Positions 39,961 to 49,776 of a stretch of DNA of 64,000 bases are shown here, piece by piece (the first letter of the stretch is position 1; the number at the start of each line of letters is the position of its first letter). The notes below the pieces were generated by a model. It made no database searches. It saw nothing but the letters and a program-made list of their open reading frames with translations, and was not told the DNA's origin. Source of the DNA: a virus; the IMG/VR virus record IMGVR_UViG_3300049846_001128, positions 20,741 through 84,740 of that record; one strand, written 5' to 3'. The translations under genes and the position numbers were made by a program.

Positions 39961-40260
39961 TTATAATAAAGATTTTAATAAATCCGAAATTGGCTTAAGC
40001 CTTTTTTGCGGATAGTAGTTGTAGTATATGTTAGTATTATTTTTATTTAATGGCAAGCATAAATATTCATAAGGCTTTGCTTTTGGTGAAATATGAATAA
40101 CTTCACACATTTCCCCATCTAGTAATACAATGTCCCCGAGTTTATATTTAGGCTTTATGAGTTTCTTATAAAGCCAGTAGTAAGCTTCTCTTAAAGGTCT
40201 GTAATGGACTGCTATAATATTAACCAAGAGTAAAATGGCTGTAAGATGGAGAATGTTCAA
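39961..40260 (-). CDS. Tag-family SH3-like protein with N-terminal TM helix
   Basis: TM...KYKLGDIV...PISDLLKSLL*. Confidence 0.7.
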   Translation of the reverse strand: MNILHLTAILLLVNIIAVHYRPLREAYYWLYKKLIKPKYKLGDIVLLDGEMCEVIHISPKAKPYEYLCLPLNKNNTNIYYNYYPQKRLKPISDLLKSLL

Positions 40261-40387
40261 AGCTTATTCCCCAATAGAGTTAAAGTGGCAAGAAGCGTAA
40301 TGGCTTGAATTACAACCTGAGCAAATTGTAACTTTGCTTGGAACTTTTGGAGCTTGACCCTTTCTGACTGGTAATCGTGATGTTCCA

Positions 40388-40597
40388 TTATAGTAAAGCC
40401 TCCATCAAAGGAGTTAGAGGAATCCAAGGTTCTGATAAAAATGTCTCAACTACCCAACTAAGGTTTGTTACGGCTCCATAATTATAGCACAGTTTGAAAT
40501 CTACCACTGTAGTGCGTAAAGCAGTTATAACACAAGTGTCTATAGCTTTAGTTTGCGAGTTAACCCTATAATAACGTTTTCCAACTAATAATTCCAT
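40388..40597 (-). CDS. Tag-family SH3-like small protein
   Basis: MELLVGKRYY...IPLTPLMEALL*. Confidence 0.75.
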   Translation of the reverse strand: MELLVGKRYYRVNSQTKAIDTCVITALRTTVVDFKLCYNYGAVTNLSWVVETFLSEPWIPLTPLMEALL

Positions 40598-40971
40598 CTT
40601 CGCTTCTTCCCAACTCTTAAGTCAACGTGGACAAATCCTTTATTCCGTCCGTCACCAACGGCTTCAAAGTATTTTTCGCACAATAAATATAATTTGTCAA
40701 GCTTTTCTTTTGAGCTTACTGTTGGGCGAATGTCAACGGCTTTTCCAAGGCAATGCTGACTGGAAGGTGCTCCACCAATTTGCTTATTGTAAGCAGGAGA
40801 GCGATAACCAGAGGTAATTGTTAGAGACTCCCCGAATTCTTCTCTAAGTTTATCAAGTTTGTCAATCAGCTCTTGCTCAATGAAAAACTCTTTGTCAGAG
40901 CCGTTTTCAAACTCTTTGGTTGAGAAGTATTTTCCAAGTTTTTTATACTGACCTTTTTTCCAACAAATCAT
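40585..40971 (-). CDS. Peptidase M15 family (endolysin-like)
   Basis: 'ITSGYRS..YN..IGGA.SSQH..GKAVD...FVHVD'. Confidence 0.9.
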   Translation of the reverse strand: MICWKKGQYKKLGKYFSTKEFENGSDKEFFIEQELIDKLDKLREEFGESLTITSGYRSPAYNKQIGGAPSSQHCLGKAVDIRPTVSSKEKLDKLYLLCEKYFEAVGDGRNKGFVHVDLRVGKKRRWNY

Positions 40972-41156
40972 ACCAATGTCTCAATTAATGGAGTAGCTAA
41001 TATAAATCTGTGAATGTTCCAATTAGATTCTACTTCAACTAAGCTAATTAATTCATATTCCTCACTAAACACGCTTTCAATTGTATATACTTCTCCTAAA
41101 AATAAATAAGTATTGTGTGGTTTTATACAAATTACTCTATCTCCGACTTTGAACAT
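40968..41156 (-). CDS. Tag-family SH3-like small protein
   Basis: MFKVGDRV...LATPLIETLV*. Confidence 0.75.
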   Translation of the reverse strand: MFKVGDRVICIKPHNTYLFLGEVYTIESVFSEEYELISLVEVESNWNIHRFILATPLIETLV

Positions 41157-42018
41157 CTTTAAGTATCCTATGAAATGGGTGATTTTCTGGGTAATAAGCC
41201 TTAAAAAGCTCTACCTCCCAACTCTCTCCTAGCCTGTTGTTATTTGTGTAATTATAAAATTGTTTTGCCAGTTTTGTCAAGAAAGTTTCTGTCTCTGTTA
41301 ACTCAAGGAATCTAAACCGAAACCACCAGAGAACTTTTGTTGAAGTATTATCTTTCTTAACACTGGCTAAGAAGGCTGCGAGAAAGAAAGCCACAGACTG
41401 TATAAAAGAACACTTCCTACCAATGCCACTAAGATAGATAACAAAATTAGTGACAGAATGCTTAAAAAAGATAGGGTAAAACCTAGGATGGTTTCTAACA
41501 GCTTTCCTAAGCCCTGTTTCCAGCTTTTCATAAGAACGAGCCTCCGTAAAATATGCTTTTAAATCCTTCCAAAAACCAGCCTTAAAAACGCTTGCCGAGC
41601 TATCTATAAGTTCATAGCCGGGAACGTCACAAAAGCGGTTATTGGTCATTTGTGCGTGTTCTACAATATGTTCGTTAGACTTTAAATCCCCAGCGCACCA
41701 GTTGGTGAAGCAAGCCCCAGTTATTTCGTCAAAAGAAACTGGAACAAAGTTAGGCTTACCGTCCTTTTGTTTGAATCGGTACGGAACTGGATGGCGAGAG
41801 TAAAGCCCGGGATAGTTATCAACTTGGCAGGAAGAAATTGCCTTACGCAATGAGTCAAAGTCTGAGCTTTGAAAATTCCCAATAAGCCTCTGAAGAATGG
41901 CTAATTCTCCAGTGTAGAGTAGTTGATTATTAGTAGAAGCTTCTCCACCATTAACAGGCTTTAAATCCATTCTTCCAAGGTTGTCTTTATAGTATTCAAT
42001 AGTTGTTTCTAAGTCCAT
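41137..42018 (-). CDS. Hypothetical protein
   Basis: AGGA RBS before MDLE; no motif recognised. Confidence 0.55.
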   Translation of the reverse strand: MDLETTIEYYKDNLGRMDLKPVNGGEASTNNQLLYTGELAILQRLIGNFQSSDFDSLRKAISSCQVDNYPGLYSRHPVPYRFKQKDGKPNFVPVSFDEITGACFTNWCAGDLKSNEHIVEHAQMTNNRFCDVPGYELIDSSASVFKAGFWKDLKAYFTEARSYEKLETGLRKAVRNHPRFYPIFFKHSVTNFVIYLSGIGRKCSFIQSVAFFLAAFLASVKKDNTSTKVLWWFRFRFLELTETETFLTKLAKQFYNYTNNNRLGESWEVELFKAYYPENHPFHRILKDVQSRR

Positions 42019-42025
42019 AAATTCC

Positions 42026-42229
42026 TTAAAGAAGAGCCTTTTCAAGGTCAGAAAGCTCTCTAACTTTGGTGTCACTTCTAGTGGAGCTGAGTGGAATAAC
42101 TGTATCTAAATGATAAGGTTTAGGACGTCCTAGCCACTCTATAACATACATGTCTTCTTTTTGTATTTCTAAAATGACATACTCAATATGGTGTGCAGCG
42201 CATAGATAAACTTCTCCGACTTTTTTCAT
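42026..42229 (-). CDS. Tag-family SH3-like small protein
   Basis: MKKVGEVY...ELSDLEKALL*. Confidence 0.75.
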   Translation of the reverse strand: MKKVGEVYLCAAHHIEYVILEIQKEDMYVIEWLGRPKPYHLDTVIPLSSTRSDTKVRELSDLEKALL

Positions 42230-42237
42230 AAGCCCTC

Positions 42238-42444
42238 CTAAATCAATGCTAGCATAAGTTCAGAAGCTTGTCCAACATATTTGTCGTATTGCATGGCATG
42301 AACTGGGAATTGCTCAGCTCCAACATCCATTGTCCAATAGACTGTAACCCAGCCGTTTAGTTCGTCAATGTCTAAAACAATGTACTCGCCAATAACTTCT
42401 CCGTCAAAAGTCTCTTGGTAAATCCCGTGTAAAATTGGTTTCAC
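42238..42444 (-). CDS. Tag-family small protein
   Basis: ...GIY...QASELMLALI*. Confidence 0.65.
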   Translation of the reverse strand: MKPILHGIYQETFDGEVIGEYIVLDIDELNGWVTVYWTMDVGAEQFPVHAMQYDKYVGQASELMLALI

Positions 42445-42866
42445 TAAAACTCCAAAGCTAAGCCAAGTCCGACTTGCTTCTTAGTGTTAACACTTCCAGC
42501 AATACTAAGGTTGCCGAAAAATGGCACAATTGCTACGGCTTCTGCGTGAGTTTGACTTAATGCGTCAATATCTTTCACGGCAAGTAAGCCAAGAGTTACA
42601 CCTTTTCCAGACTTTGCCACGATTGATTTGTCAGTCTTAGTTTCTTTCTTTGTAGAAGTGTCTTCTGTAATAGTTGTGTCAGTGATTTCAGTTCCATCAG
42701 GCTTTTTAGTTTTCTTACTCACGACTTTCTTCTTGGTTTCTTTTTTCTCAACTTCTACACGTTTTTCTACAACTTTAGTAATAACTTTCGGAGATGGTTG
42801 TAGTACATAACGTCCAACAAGAAGAGAGACAGCGGCAATAATTGCGTAGACTTTTAAGTTTTTCAT
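42444..42866 (-). CDS. Exported protein with C-terminal beta-strands ending in Phe
   Basis: N-terminal hydrophobic segment; ends GLGLALEF. Confidence 0.55.
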   Translation of the reverse strand: MKNLKVYAIIAAVSLLVGRYVLQPSPKVITKVVEKRVEVEKKETKKKVVSKKTKKPDGTEITDTTITEDTSTKKETKTDKSIVAKSGKGVTLGLLAVKDIDALSQTHAEAVAIVPFFGNLSIAGSVNTKKQVGLGLALEF

Positions 42867-43276
42867 AAATTCTCCAAATAATATTCTTTGTTTGGGATAA
42901 AGCAATCCCTAACTTCCCAAGGTGCCAAAACTCTCCAAAACATTAAAGAGTGTGGACAACCAGCAGTATAACCGGGATCGTGTCCTAAGTCAAGCTCGCA
43001 ATGTCCAAGTTCGTGCCACAGGGTAATTTGCTTTTGTTCTTCAGAATACAAATTCCACCAATACGGATTAATTGTTATTTCTTTATAACCGTCCGAGCGT
43101 TTCTCACAAAACCCAGCAAAGCCTTTATCCATTTTCTTAAAAATTATAGAACTTCTAATATTAAGGTTATAAGTTTGCTCAAACTGCTCAGCGTAAGAAG
43201 AAAAGGCTGGATCAATTTTCTGCTTTGGTATTTTAGTACCGCAACTTGCTATAAGAATAATTGCCAGCCATTTCAT
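42863..43276 (-). CDS. Lipoprotein with zinc metallopeptidase motif
   Basis: Lipobox-like LIASC; HELGHCELDLGH...SLM. Confidence 0.7.
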   Translation of the reverse strand: MKWLAIILIASCGTKIPKQKIDPAFSSYAEQFEQTYNLNIRSSIIFKKMDKGFAGFCEKRSDGYKEITINPYWWNLYSEEQKQITLWHELGHCELDLGHDPGYTAGCPHSLMFWRVLAPWEVRDCFIPNKEYYLENL

Positions 43277-43780
43277 TTAAAAATCCAATCCGATGCTTAA
43301 CAAGCCAGTTTTGTTAGTTTGACCCTGAACTCCAACAGAAATTCTGTCATTCAAAAGTCTTTGATATTGCAAGCCTCCAACGGCTCCAACTCTAGACTCA
43401 ATTTCAACTTTACCCGGAGTTACTTCCTTTGTCAAGCCTTCTTTTGCTCCACGCCCGCCAAGAATAGAAACTCTGTTCTTAAACTCTCTGCTTTGTTGGC
43501 AAGTCTTAAGGGTATTTGTCGCAACTTTTGTAATTAGTCTTTCCTGCTTTCTTGGCACAACTTTGAATTTCTCAGCTGGAACCGCAGACTTTTTACCGTC
43601 GGCTTGAACAATGATGATAATTGCGCCTTTTAGGTGACTCGGAACGTCGGTAGAAATTACCTTAGTTTCTTGAACTTCCTCTTGCTGGCTGGAAGTTACG
43701 CATTGCTCAGAAGAGTGCGCGAGACTTGCAGTAAGGTAAATAAAAGCTCCGGTCAAAAATCCCAGTATAAAATATCTCAT
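43277..43780 (-). CDS. Exported protein with C-terminal beta-strands ending in Phe
   Basis: Signal peptide; GGLQYQR...ISVGVQGQ...LLSIGLDF. Confidence 0.6.
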   Translation of the reverse strand: MRYFILGFLTGAFIYLTASLAHSSEQCVTSSQQEEVQETKVISTDVPSHLKGAIIIIVQADGKKSAVPAEKFKVVPRKQERLITKVATNTLKTCQQSREFKNRVSILGGRGAKEGLTKEVTPGKVEIESRVGAVGGLQYQRLLNDRISVGVQGQTNKTGLLSIGLDF

Positions 43781-43788
43781 TTTAACTC

Positions 43789-44343
43789 CTAATTATTTGA
43801 AGGATTTGTAGAGTCAGTAAAAATCGCAGAAGTACTTCCGCAAGTAATTTGGTACTTATTGCCTTTATTTCCCTGATTACCAATGAAAGTAAGTGTGCAG
43901 CCGTTGGCGTTAATTCCAGCCGGACCTTGCGCTCCAGTAGCTCCGTCTTCCCCATCCGTTCCATCCTCTCCGTCTAACCCATCCTGCCCGTCAAACACAA
44001 CTTGAGAAGTTTCTCCACAAGTAACGGTTACAAATGTTTTTCCTGATTCTCTAGAGATTGAGCAAGAATTTCCCGGTAAGCCATTAATTCCATCTGCGCC
44101 ATCAGCTCCGTTTTGCCCGTCAGAGCCGTTTAAAACAATCTGGCTAGAACCGTCGCCACAAGAAATCAAAGCTCCAATAACTTCATTCTCATCGCTCAGA
44201 GCTTCGGAAACAGAACAAGAAGTGCCGTTCCTTCCGTCACTACCATCTTTCCCATCTTTGCCTTGGTAAATTGTAGCAGACTCTTTAGCTGGACCGCAAG
44301 ACACAAGAAAGAATAGTGTAAATAAAATTGCTTTAGTTTTCAT
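43789..44343 (-). CDS. Collagen-like repeat lipoprotein
   Basis: Lipobox LVSC; G-X-D/N triplet runs alternating with Cys-containing beta hairpins. Confidence 0.75.
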   Translation of the reverse strand: MKTKAILFTLFFLVSCGPAKESATIYQGKDGKDGSDGRNGTSCSVSEALSDENEVIGALISCGDGSSQIVLNGSDGQNGADGADGINGLPGNSCSISRESGKTFVTVTCGETSQVVFDGQDGLDGEDGTDGEDGATGAQGPAGINANGCTLTFIGNQGNKGNKYQITCGSTSAIFTDSTNPSNN

Positions 44344-44476
44344 TTTCCTCCAATCTGGCTGAAAATAGCTCCAACCAATAATGTCAATGCTACCACAAGT
44401 GCCATTCCAAGTAAAGAACTTAGTTGATGCTTTTTTGTAAATTTTGCTGTTTGCCAGCCAATTACAAGTGCTAAAG

Positions 44477-44782
44477 CTAGTTGAACAATGTCGAGCATAT
44501 TTTCTCCCAGAGAGTTAAAGGTCTAATGTCGCCAATTTCATACCAATGCGTTGAGTAGAAGTAAACTCCGCTATGAGAAAGTTTCCAGCGTATTTTAAAA
44601 CAATCTTCCTCTTTGTCTATAACTTCGCCGACCCCCATTATAGAAAGCATGGAGCAAACAAGCTCTGGAACATCGCGCTCTTCTAATTTACCACAGCGTC
44701 TAAATCCGTCAATTCTGTATTCCAAGTTGTGGTAATACTGGAAACCCTGCTTTGTCATTTTTACTTTGTCACCAATTTTCAT
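44477..44782 (-). CDS. KIGD SH3-like protein with variant tail
   Basis: MKIGDKV...IRPLTLWEKICSTLFN. Confidence 0.6.
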   Translation of the reverse strand: MKIGDKVKMTKQGFQYYHNLEYRIDGFRRCGKLEERDVPELVCSMLSIMGVGEVIDKEEDCFKIRWKLSHSGVYFYSTHWYEIGDIRPLTLWEKICSTLFN

Positions 44783-44976
44783 CTTAGCTTAACCTCCGCT
44801 CCGTCAATTTCCACAGTTGGAGCTGACAAATACTCAATGCCAATGATTTGTCCGTTAGCATCAAGGTCAATATAATACTTGCCCATTTCTATTGTTTTGT
44901 CAACAAATTCGCCTTTCTTAAGCTCTCGCAAAGTTACATAGGTGGCGTTGCCTGTTGAGGAGTATTCGATTTTCAT
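44779..44976 (-). CDS. DUF2283-like protein
   Basis: 'IEYS...ATYV.L...IDLDANGQIIGIE'. Confidence 0.75.
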   Translation of the reverse strand: MKIEYSSTGNATYVTLRELKKGEFVDKTIEMGKYYIDLDANGQIIGIEYLSAPTVEIDGAEVKLR

Positions 44977-45173
44977 TTCTTAGCCTTTAATTTTTCATAA
45001 GCATAATTCACAATTTCCCCTATCATTATAATTAAACATATTATAGCTCCTAGCCCACAAAGGCCAATAGCAACTACACATACAGTAGAGATTATATCTA
45101 ATGGACTACCATAATACTCAGCCAATAGAACTAATAGTGAGAAAGGAATTAGCCCAATTAAAAAATTTCTCAT
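44973..45173 (-). CDS. Small membrane protein
   Basis: Two hydrophobic segments. Confidence 0.5.
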   Translation of the reverse strand: MRNFLIGLIPFSLLVLLAEYYGSPLDIISTVCVVAIGLCGLGAIICLIIMIGEIVNYAYEKLKAKK

Positions 45174-45400
45174 TCCAAAGCCTTTAATAATGGCGAAAGT
45201 TCTTCGCGCAGTTCTTTAGCCAAAGCTTGTACCAAGGCTTTTCTTAAGTTTGGTTCAGCTAGAAGTTCAGCAACTATCTCCTGCCCATAAGATACATAAG
45301 CTTGGGCGGGAATTAAACCCGAAGGAATTAGAGTTACATTAGTAGAAGAACTAGCTATGGCTACTCCTGATGAAGATGCTACGGTATGTGATTTTATCAT
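45170..45400 (-). CDS. Tag-bearing protein without SH3-like domain
   Basis: ...EELSPLLKALE*. Confidence 0.6.
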   Translation of the reverse strand: MIKSHTVASSSGVAIASSSTNVTLIPSGLIPAQAYVSYGQEIVAELLAEPNLRKALVQALAKELREELSPLLKALE

Positions 45401-47853
45401 ATTAAGCCCCTATTCTTAGGTCTAGAATAATCTATGAATTGTTCCATGTCAAGAACATTCTCTAAAATACTAACCGTGGCATAAACCCGACTTAAGTAAT
45501 GCTCCTTATCGTAATTCCCGTCAAAATTGTCAACGTTTCTTAAAACATGGTTGGCTTCCATCTTAGGTCTTCCGTCTTTGTAGAACTGAAGTTCACCTTT
45601 AACTTCCTTTTGGACCTCTCCATCAATAGCGTTGTAAACCCAGACTTTATCACCTTCTCTAGCGTCTTTTCCTAAAGCTTCTAATACTTTAGTTTCATTC
45701 TTTCTTGTGCCGTTTAAAAGCTTCTTTGTCACAGATTTTTTAACAGCCCAGCGTTTTATGTCGGAAATGTTTAAGGCTTCTTTGCAGTATTGTTTGTAAA
45801 CATCTAGGGCATTATTCTTATTGAACACTAAGCTATCAACTAATTCTTCCAACATTTCAAGCAAAGCCGGTTCTTTTTTAGAGTCGGTAAGACTGGAGCC
45901 TTTAATCTTTAACTTTTTCTCACCCTTGGCGAGCAAAACGTAGTTCTTAGCTTTGAGAACAATAACTCGGGAATACTCACCGTCGTCTTCCCAGTTGCAG
46001 TACATTATCTGGTTTAACTCTCGCTCAAGTTGTTCCTTCTCTTCTTCCGAGAACTCAGAGTCGTCTGCCTTGCAAAAAGAAAGCGAGTCGGTGTCAAGGT
46101 TTACTAGCTTGAAATCTCTTCTAGGCATTTCTGAAAAAGACATTTTTGCCACAGTGTCAATATGGGAGAAATCTTGATAGTCTTGTTCCTCTTCATAGTC
46201 GCTCCACCATTGTTTTATGTCTTTTCCTGTCGCCCAGATTACAGCCTTTTGCAACCCCGCTCTACAGCAGCGAGTAATTTCTGCTGCATGTTCAAACGAG
46301 TTAAAGTTCAGTCCAGATGTTCCCAAAACTCCGTAACTGGAGTTAATGAAAATTTTACCAGCAGCCTGTAAATCGTCGTAGTACTTATCGCCAGTGTCTT
46401 TAAAAAGCTTTTTGTTCTTCAGTCGAGCTTCAGTAAAGTATTTCACAGTTTTGACAAAAAGATTCTCAGGGTCTTTCTCAGGGTTATGAATGTTGAACTT
46501 CAAGATTGTACTCGGGTAATAACTAGCCGCGTCGTATTTCAAAACGTTGGAATAAATACCCGGAATTCCATAGCTCATACCTCCAGCCACTCTTTGAGGC
46601 TCAGAAGCTTTAGGAATAGATTTACCCTGCTGTAAATAACCCCGAATTAGCACAGAATTAACCCATTTACCAGTGGCTCCCTGCATCATTTCTTCAAACG
46701 GCATAGCAACAGAAACTGCTGTATAAAAGTAAGAGGTAATCATTCTGAAGTATAAGTTAATAGTGTCTTCAGAGTCATCAATACCGTACTTAATAATTTT
46801 CTCTCTTTCTTCAGGAATGTGCCAATTGTCACGAATCTTTGAAGCGTCATAGAACTGTCGGTCTGATGTAACGAATCCCTCAGCTTCAGCAATAGGTTTC
46901 AGTCCCCAGCTAGGATAACCCTTCCCTACTCCGTAGTTTAACGCCACAAACTGACCGTCTATAATCTGACGACCAAAGATATGAGCTTTATAGTAGTCCC
47001 AGCTTGTATTCCCATCCACTCGTTTTTGTGAAGGCTTCTTTTTAAACTCAACATCTTCTCCATTTCTGCCAAGAGTCAGTGTAGTTCCATAAAGCTTTGC
47101 AACATGGTTTAAATAAGGAAGATCATAACCGTAGCCGTTCCAGAAGTTGATAATATCAGGATCAATTTGTCTAACCCAGTTGCACCAAACATCAATAAGT
47201 TCACCACAGTCAAAATGCTCGTCAAGTCTAAAATGCTTTTTAATTACAACGTCGCCTTTTCTGTAACTGTTGGTAATTAGAAAAACTTTACTTTCACTGG
47301 TTTGAGTTAAACCATCAGACTCAATGTCGAAAGCAAGAACTCCAATATCGCTAGGCTTAAGTCCTTTATAAAGGGTAATTCCTTCGTGAACCATGAATTG
47401 TTCGCGAGCGTTCCATATTCCAAAAACGTCATGCTTCTGAGAAGTGTAGAGCTGCATATACTTAGCAAAGTCTTGATAACTATTGAAATACTGAATATAT
47501 TTATAGTGTAAATTTCCCTGTAAACGCTTAAACTTAAGGCTTATTTGTTTGTTAGCCAGAAGCCAGTATTTAGCTGGACGAGTTTCGATACTTCCATCAA
47601 TCTTAAAAAGTAAAGCCTGATTATTAACAATTTCTACAGCAACAATCCCTAGAGTCTTGTCTTTTCCAAAAATAAGGTCGTCTTTATACTCAAGCTCCTT
47701 CAAGAAGGGTTTATAATCTTCTGCCAGTGTAAACTCGTAGCTATTTGTTTGTATTTTGTCAGGGAGAAGTTCAAAAGGCTCATTGTCTTCAAGAATTAAA
47801 GAGCGAAGTTCAGAGTAAGCTACAGAATCTTCAATATGGTAATGTTCTTTCAT
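45397..47853 (-). CDS. DNA polymerase family B with 3'-5' exonuclease
   Basis: ExoI FDIES, ExoII WNGYGYDLPYL, motif A YDAASYYPS, motif B KIFINSSYG, motif C DTDS, KNY; start re-assigned to ATGA overlap. Confidence 0.92.
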   Translation of the reverse strand: MKEHYHIEDSVAYSELRSLILEDNEPFELLPDKIQTNSYEFTLAEDYKPFLKELEYKDDLIFGKDKTLGIVAVEIVNNQALLFKIDGSIETRPAKYWLLANKQISLKFKRLQGNLHYKYIQYFNSYQDFAKYMQLYTSQKHDVFGIWNAREQFMVHEGITLYKGLKPSDIGVLAFDIESDGLTQTSESKVFLITNSYRKGDVVIKKHFRLDEHFDCGELIDVWCNWVRQIDPDIINFWNGYGYDLPYLNHVAKLYGTTLTLGRNGEDVEFKKKPSQKRVDGNTSWDYYKAHIFGRQIIDGQFVALNYGVGKGYPSWGLKPIAEAEGFVTSDRQFYDASKIRDNWHIPEEREKIIKYGIDDSEDTINLYFRMITSYFYTAVSVAMPFEEMMQGATGKWVNSVLIRGYLQQGKSIPKASEPQRVAGGMSYGIPGIYSNVLKYDAASYYPSTILKFNIHNPEKDPENLFVKTVKYFTEARLKNKKLFKDTGDKYYDDLQAAGKIFINSSYGVLGTSGLNFNSFEHAAEITRCCRAGLQKAVIWATGKDIKQWWSDYEEEQDYQDFSHIDTVAKMSFSEMPRRDFKLVNLDTDSLSFCKADDSEFSEEEKEQLERELNQIMYCNWEDDGEYSRVIVLKAKNYVLLAKGEKKLKIKGSSLTDSKKEPALLEMLEELVDSLVFNKNNALDVYKQYCKEALNISDIKRWAVKKSVTKKLLNGTRKNETKVLEALGKDAREGDKVWVYNAIDGEVQKEVKGELQFYKDGRPKMEANHVLRNVDNFDGNYDKEHYLSRVYATVSILENVLDMEQFIDYSRPKNRGLI

Positions 47854-48062
47854 AACAAGCTCTCCATTAACGGCGTTAGTAATCTCCAATCTGTTTGGAA
47901 ATCCCGTATTTCCCAAATCCTCGGAAGATCATACCACCCTCCAGACTCGCTTGTAAACAAAAACTTAACTCTTGTATCAACTAAACCAGTAATAACTGCG
48001 GTTTGAATTAACTTAGTGCTTCTTATATATCGGTAGTACTTCTGCCCAACCTCTAAGTTCAC
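47850..48062 (-). CDS. Tag-family SH3-like small protein
   Basis: MNLEVGQKYY...LLTPLMESLL*. Confidence 0.75.
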   Translation of the reverse strand: MNLEVGQKYYRYIRSTKLIQTAVITGLVDTRVKFLFTSESGGWYDLPRIWEIRDFQTDWRLLTPLMESLL

Positions 48063-48265
48063 AGCAAAGCCTCTATCAGAGGAGTGGCTTTTATTGTATA
48101 ATATTTTTTAAACCCACCAATGGAACGAAAACTACCTCGATTTTCAAAGTCAAATGAAATGCCTTTAGCATTATAGATAACTAAATCATTGGTCACTTCT
48201 ATAATTACACAACTATATTTACAATCATGAGATAAATAAATATCTCCCGGTTTTAACTTTGCCAT
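48059..48265 (-). CDS. Tag-family SH3-like small protein
   Basis: MAKLKPGDIY...KATPLIEALL*. Confidence 0.75.
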   Translation of the reverse strand: MAKLKPGDIYLSHDCKYSCVIIEVTNDLVIYNAKGISFDFENRGSFRSIGGFKKYYTIKATPLIEALL

Positions 48266-48501
48266 CCAAACTCCCCATAAGCTAGTACGTAAAACCCAAT
48301 TGCCTGTTCTCTTTGCTCAGGAGTCAGTTCTCCTTTCTTAAAGTAAGATGAAATTATTTTATCCATAGTTGGACTTCGTAAATTAGAAGTCAAAACATGA
48401 TTACACTCTTCAATCAAACTATCGTCGTTCATTCCTTCAATTTCCATTTTCAGGGTAGAAATTTCATAAGAAATGTCGTTATAGTCAATTAAAGTAGCCA
48501 T
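48253..48501 (-). CDS. Hypothetical protein
   Basis: TAATG-coupled ORF. Confidence 0.55.
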   Translation of the reverse strand: MATLIDYNDISYEISTLKMEIEGMNDDSLIEECNHVLTSNLRSPTMDKIISSYFKKGELTPEQREQAIGFYVLAYGEFGWQS

Positions 48502-48719
48502 TAAAATAATGCCTTTATTAAATCAGTGGCGTGAATCAAATCCTCTGGAAGTTGAGCTACTCCCATTACATAGCCACCATATTCTGTAGCAGAATTTCCA
48601 CACCAAATATAATTTTGGTCAATTCTTATAATCTTCATAATTCCGTATTGTTTTCCCCAAGTAAAAATGTTCAAAACTTCATCTCCAACTTTAAAGCTCT
48701 TCTCTGTGTCTTTTTCCAT
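48501..48719 (-). CDS. Tag-family SH3-like small protein
   Basis: MEKDTEKSFKVGDEV...HATDLIKALF*. Confidence 0.75.
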   Translation of the reverse strand: MEKDTEKSFKVGDEVLNIFTWGKQYGIMKIIRIDQNYIWCGNSATEYGGYVMGVAQLPEDLIHATDLIKALF

Positions 48720-49542
48720 CTCTGATAGCCCTTTTAATCTGGTACTCGTCGGACTTAGTAAGAGGTTCTGGCGCAATCTGCTCCATAACTTCCCAAATTA
48801 TTGTATCATCAACTCCGGACAAAGCCAAGGAGAAAACGCAGGCATTAAGCGAGTTAGTCCAAAGTCCATGCAAGCCAGTGTGGGCGTTGCTGAGGAAAAA
48901 CTCCACAGCCTCTGGGCAAGTTTCTCGCTCTTTTCCGTACAAAAGCTTGACAATTTCTTTCTGCTCTTCGGGAACAATTACTTGAGCTTGGCTTAAGTCG
49001 TAGATTTGCTTTTCCTCTTCTTTGGCTTTTTGCGGAACGAGAAACTCCCCGTCTTGCCAAAAACCGTCGCCAAGCTTTGAAGGCGCATACCATCGTGCCT
49101 CATCCGAGCATTGCTTGTCCAACTCTGGGAATTTCTCCAAAAGCCAGTCCCAAGTTGCGTCAAAGTCAGCGTGGCTGAGTATTGTTTTAGCCAGTGGGAA
49201 AACTAAACGAAATTTATTGTGTTCCTCCGTGTGGCTCGGACTTGGCAAACAAAGGCAAGCCAAACCAAGCTCCTGCGCTCGTTTTTCAGCCTGAGAAATG
49301 GTTAAGCCGTTGTCAACGTCAATGCCCATAAAGTCGGCAGAAACGAAGTTCTCGTCAAGCCTAACGCCTGAGAAAACGCTCGGACTCCAAGCGTAGGAAG
49401 AAATGGCTTCAATAAGCTCTTCCTCGGTATTGACTTCAATGACTTCTGGAACGTTTGGGTTAGAGGTTAAGTACGACATTCGGACTTTCTCTTCTTTAGA
49501 GGAAGGTACATAGTTTGCTTTTTTATAAACGCTAAGCTTCAT
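48691..49542 (-). CDS. Primase (AEP/PrimPol-like)
   Basis: 'WSPSVF...FMGIDVDNG...SPSH....KFRLVFPL...DKQCSD.AR'. Confidence 0.75.
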   Translation of the reverse strand: MKLSVYKKANYVPSSKEEKVRMSYLTSNPNVPEVIEVNTEEELIEAISSYAWSPSVFSGVRLDENFVSADFMGIDVDNGLTISQAEKRAQELGLACLCLPSPSHTEEHNKFRLVFPLAKTILSHADFDATWDWLLEKFPELDKQCSDEARWYAPSKLGDGFWQDGEFLVPQKAKEEEKQIYDLSQAQVIVPEEQKEIVKLLYGKERETCPEAVEFFLSNAHTGLHGLWTNSLNACVFSLALSGVDDTIIWEVMEQIAPEPLTKSDEYQIKRAIRDGKRHREEL

Positions 49543-49560
49543 GCTTTTCCTTTTGAAATA

Positions 49561-49776
49561 TCAAAGCAACGCCTTTTCTAAGTCTGTAAGAACTAGATGG
49601 TGTCCGGAATGTACTGTTATCCATATTGACTGATGAGGGTCTACGTAATCTTCACCATTGGAGTCTTTAATAATGTTAATTCGATAACTATTAGGCATAT
49701 ATCTATGAATTTCTAAGATTATAAACACTTGTTTATCGTATTTATTTCTTAAATAATCACCTACTTGGAAACTCAT
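49561..49776 (-). CDS. Tag-family SH3-like small protein
   Basis: MSFQVGDY...VLTDLEKALL*. Confidence 0.75.
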   Translation of the reverse strand: MSFQVGDYLRNKYDKQVFIILEIHRYMPNSYRINIIKDSNGEDYVDPHQSIWITVHSGHHLVLTDLEKALL

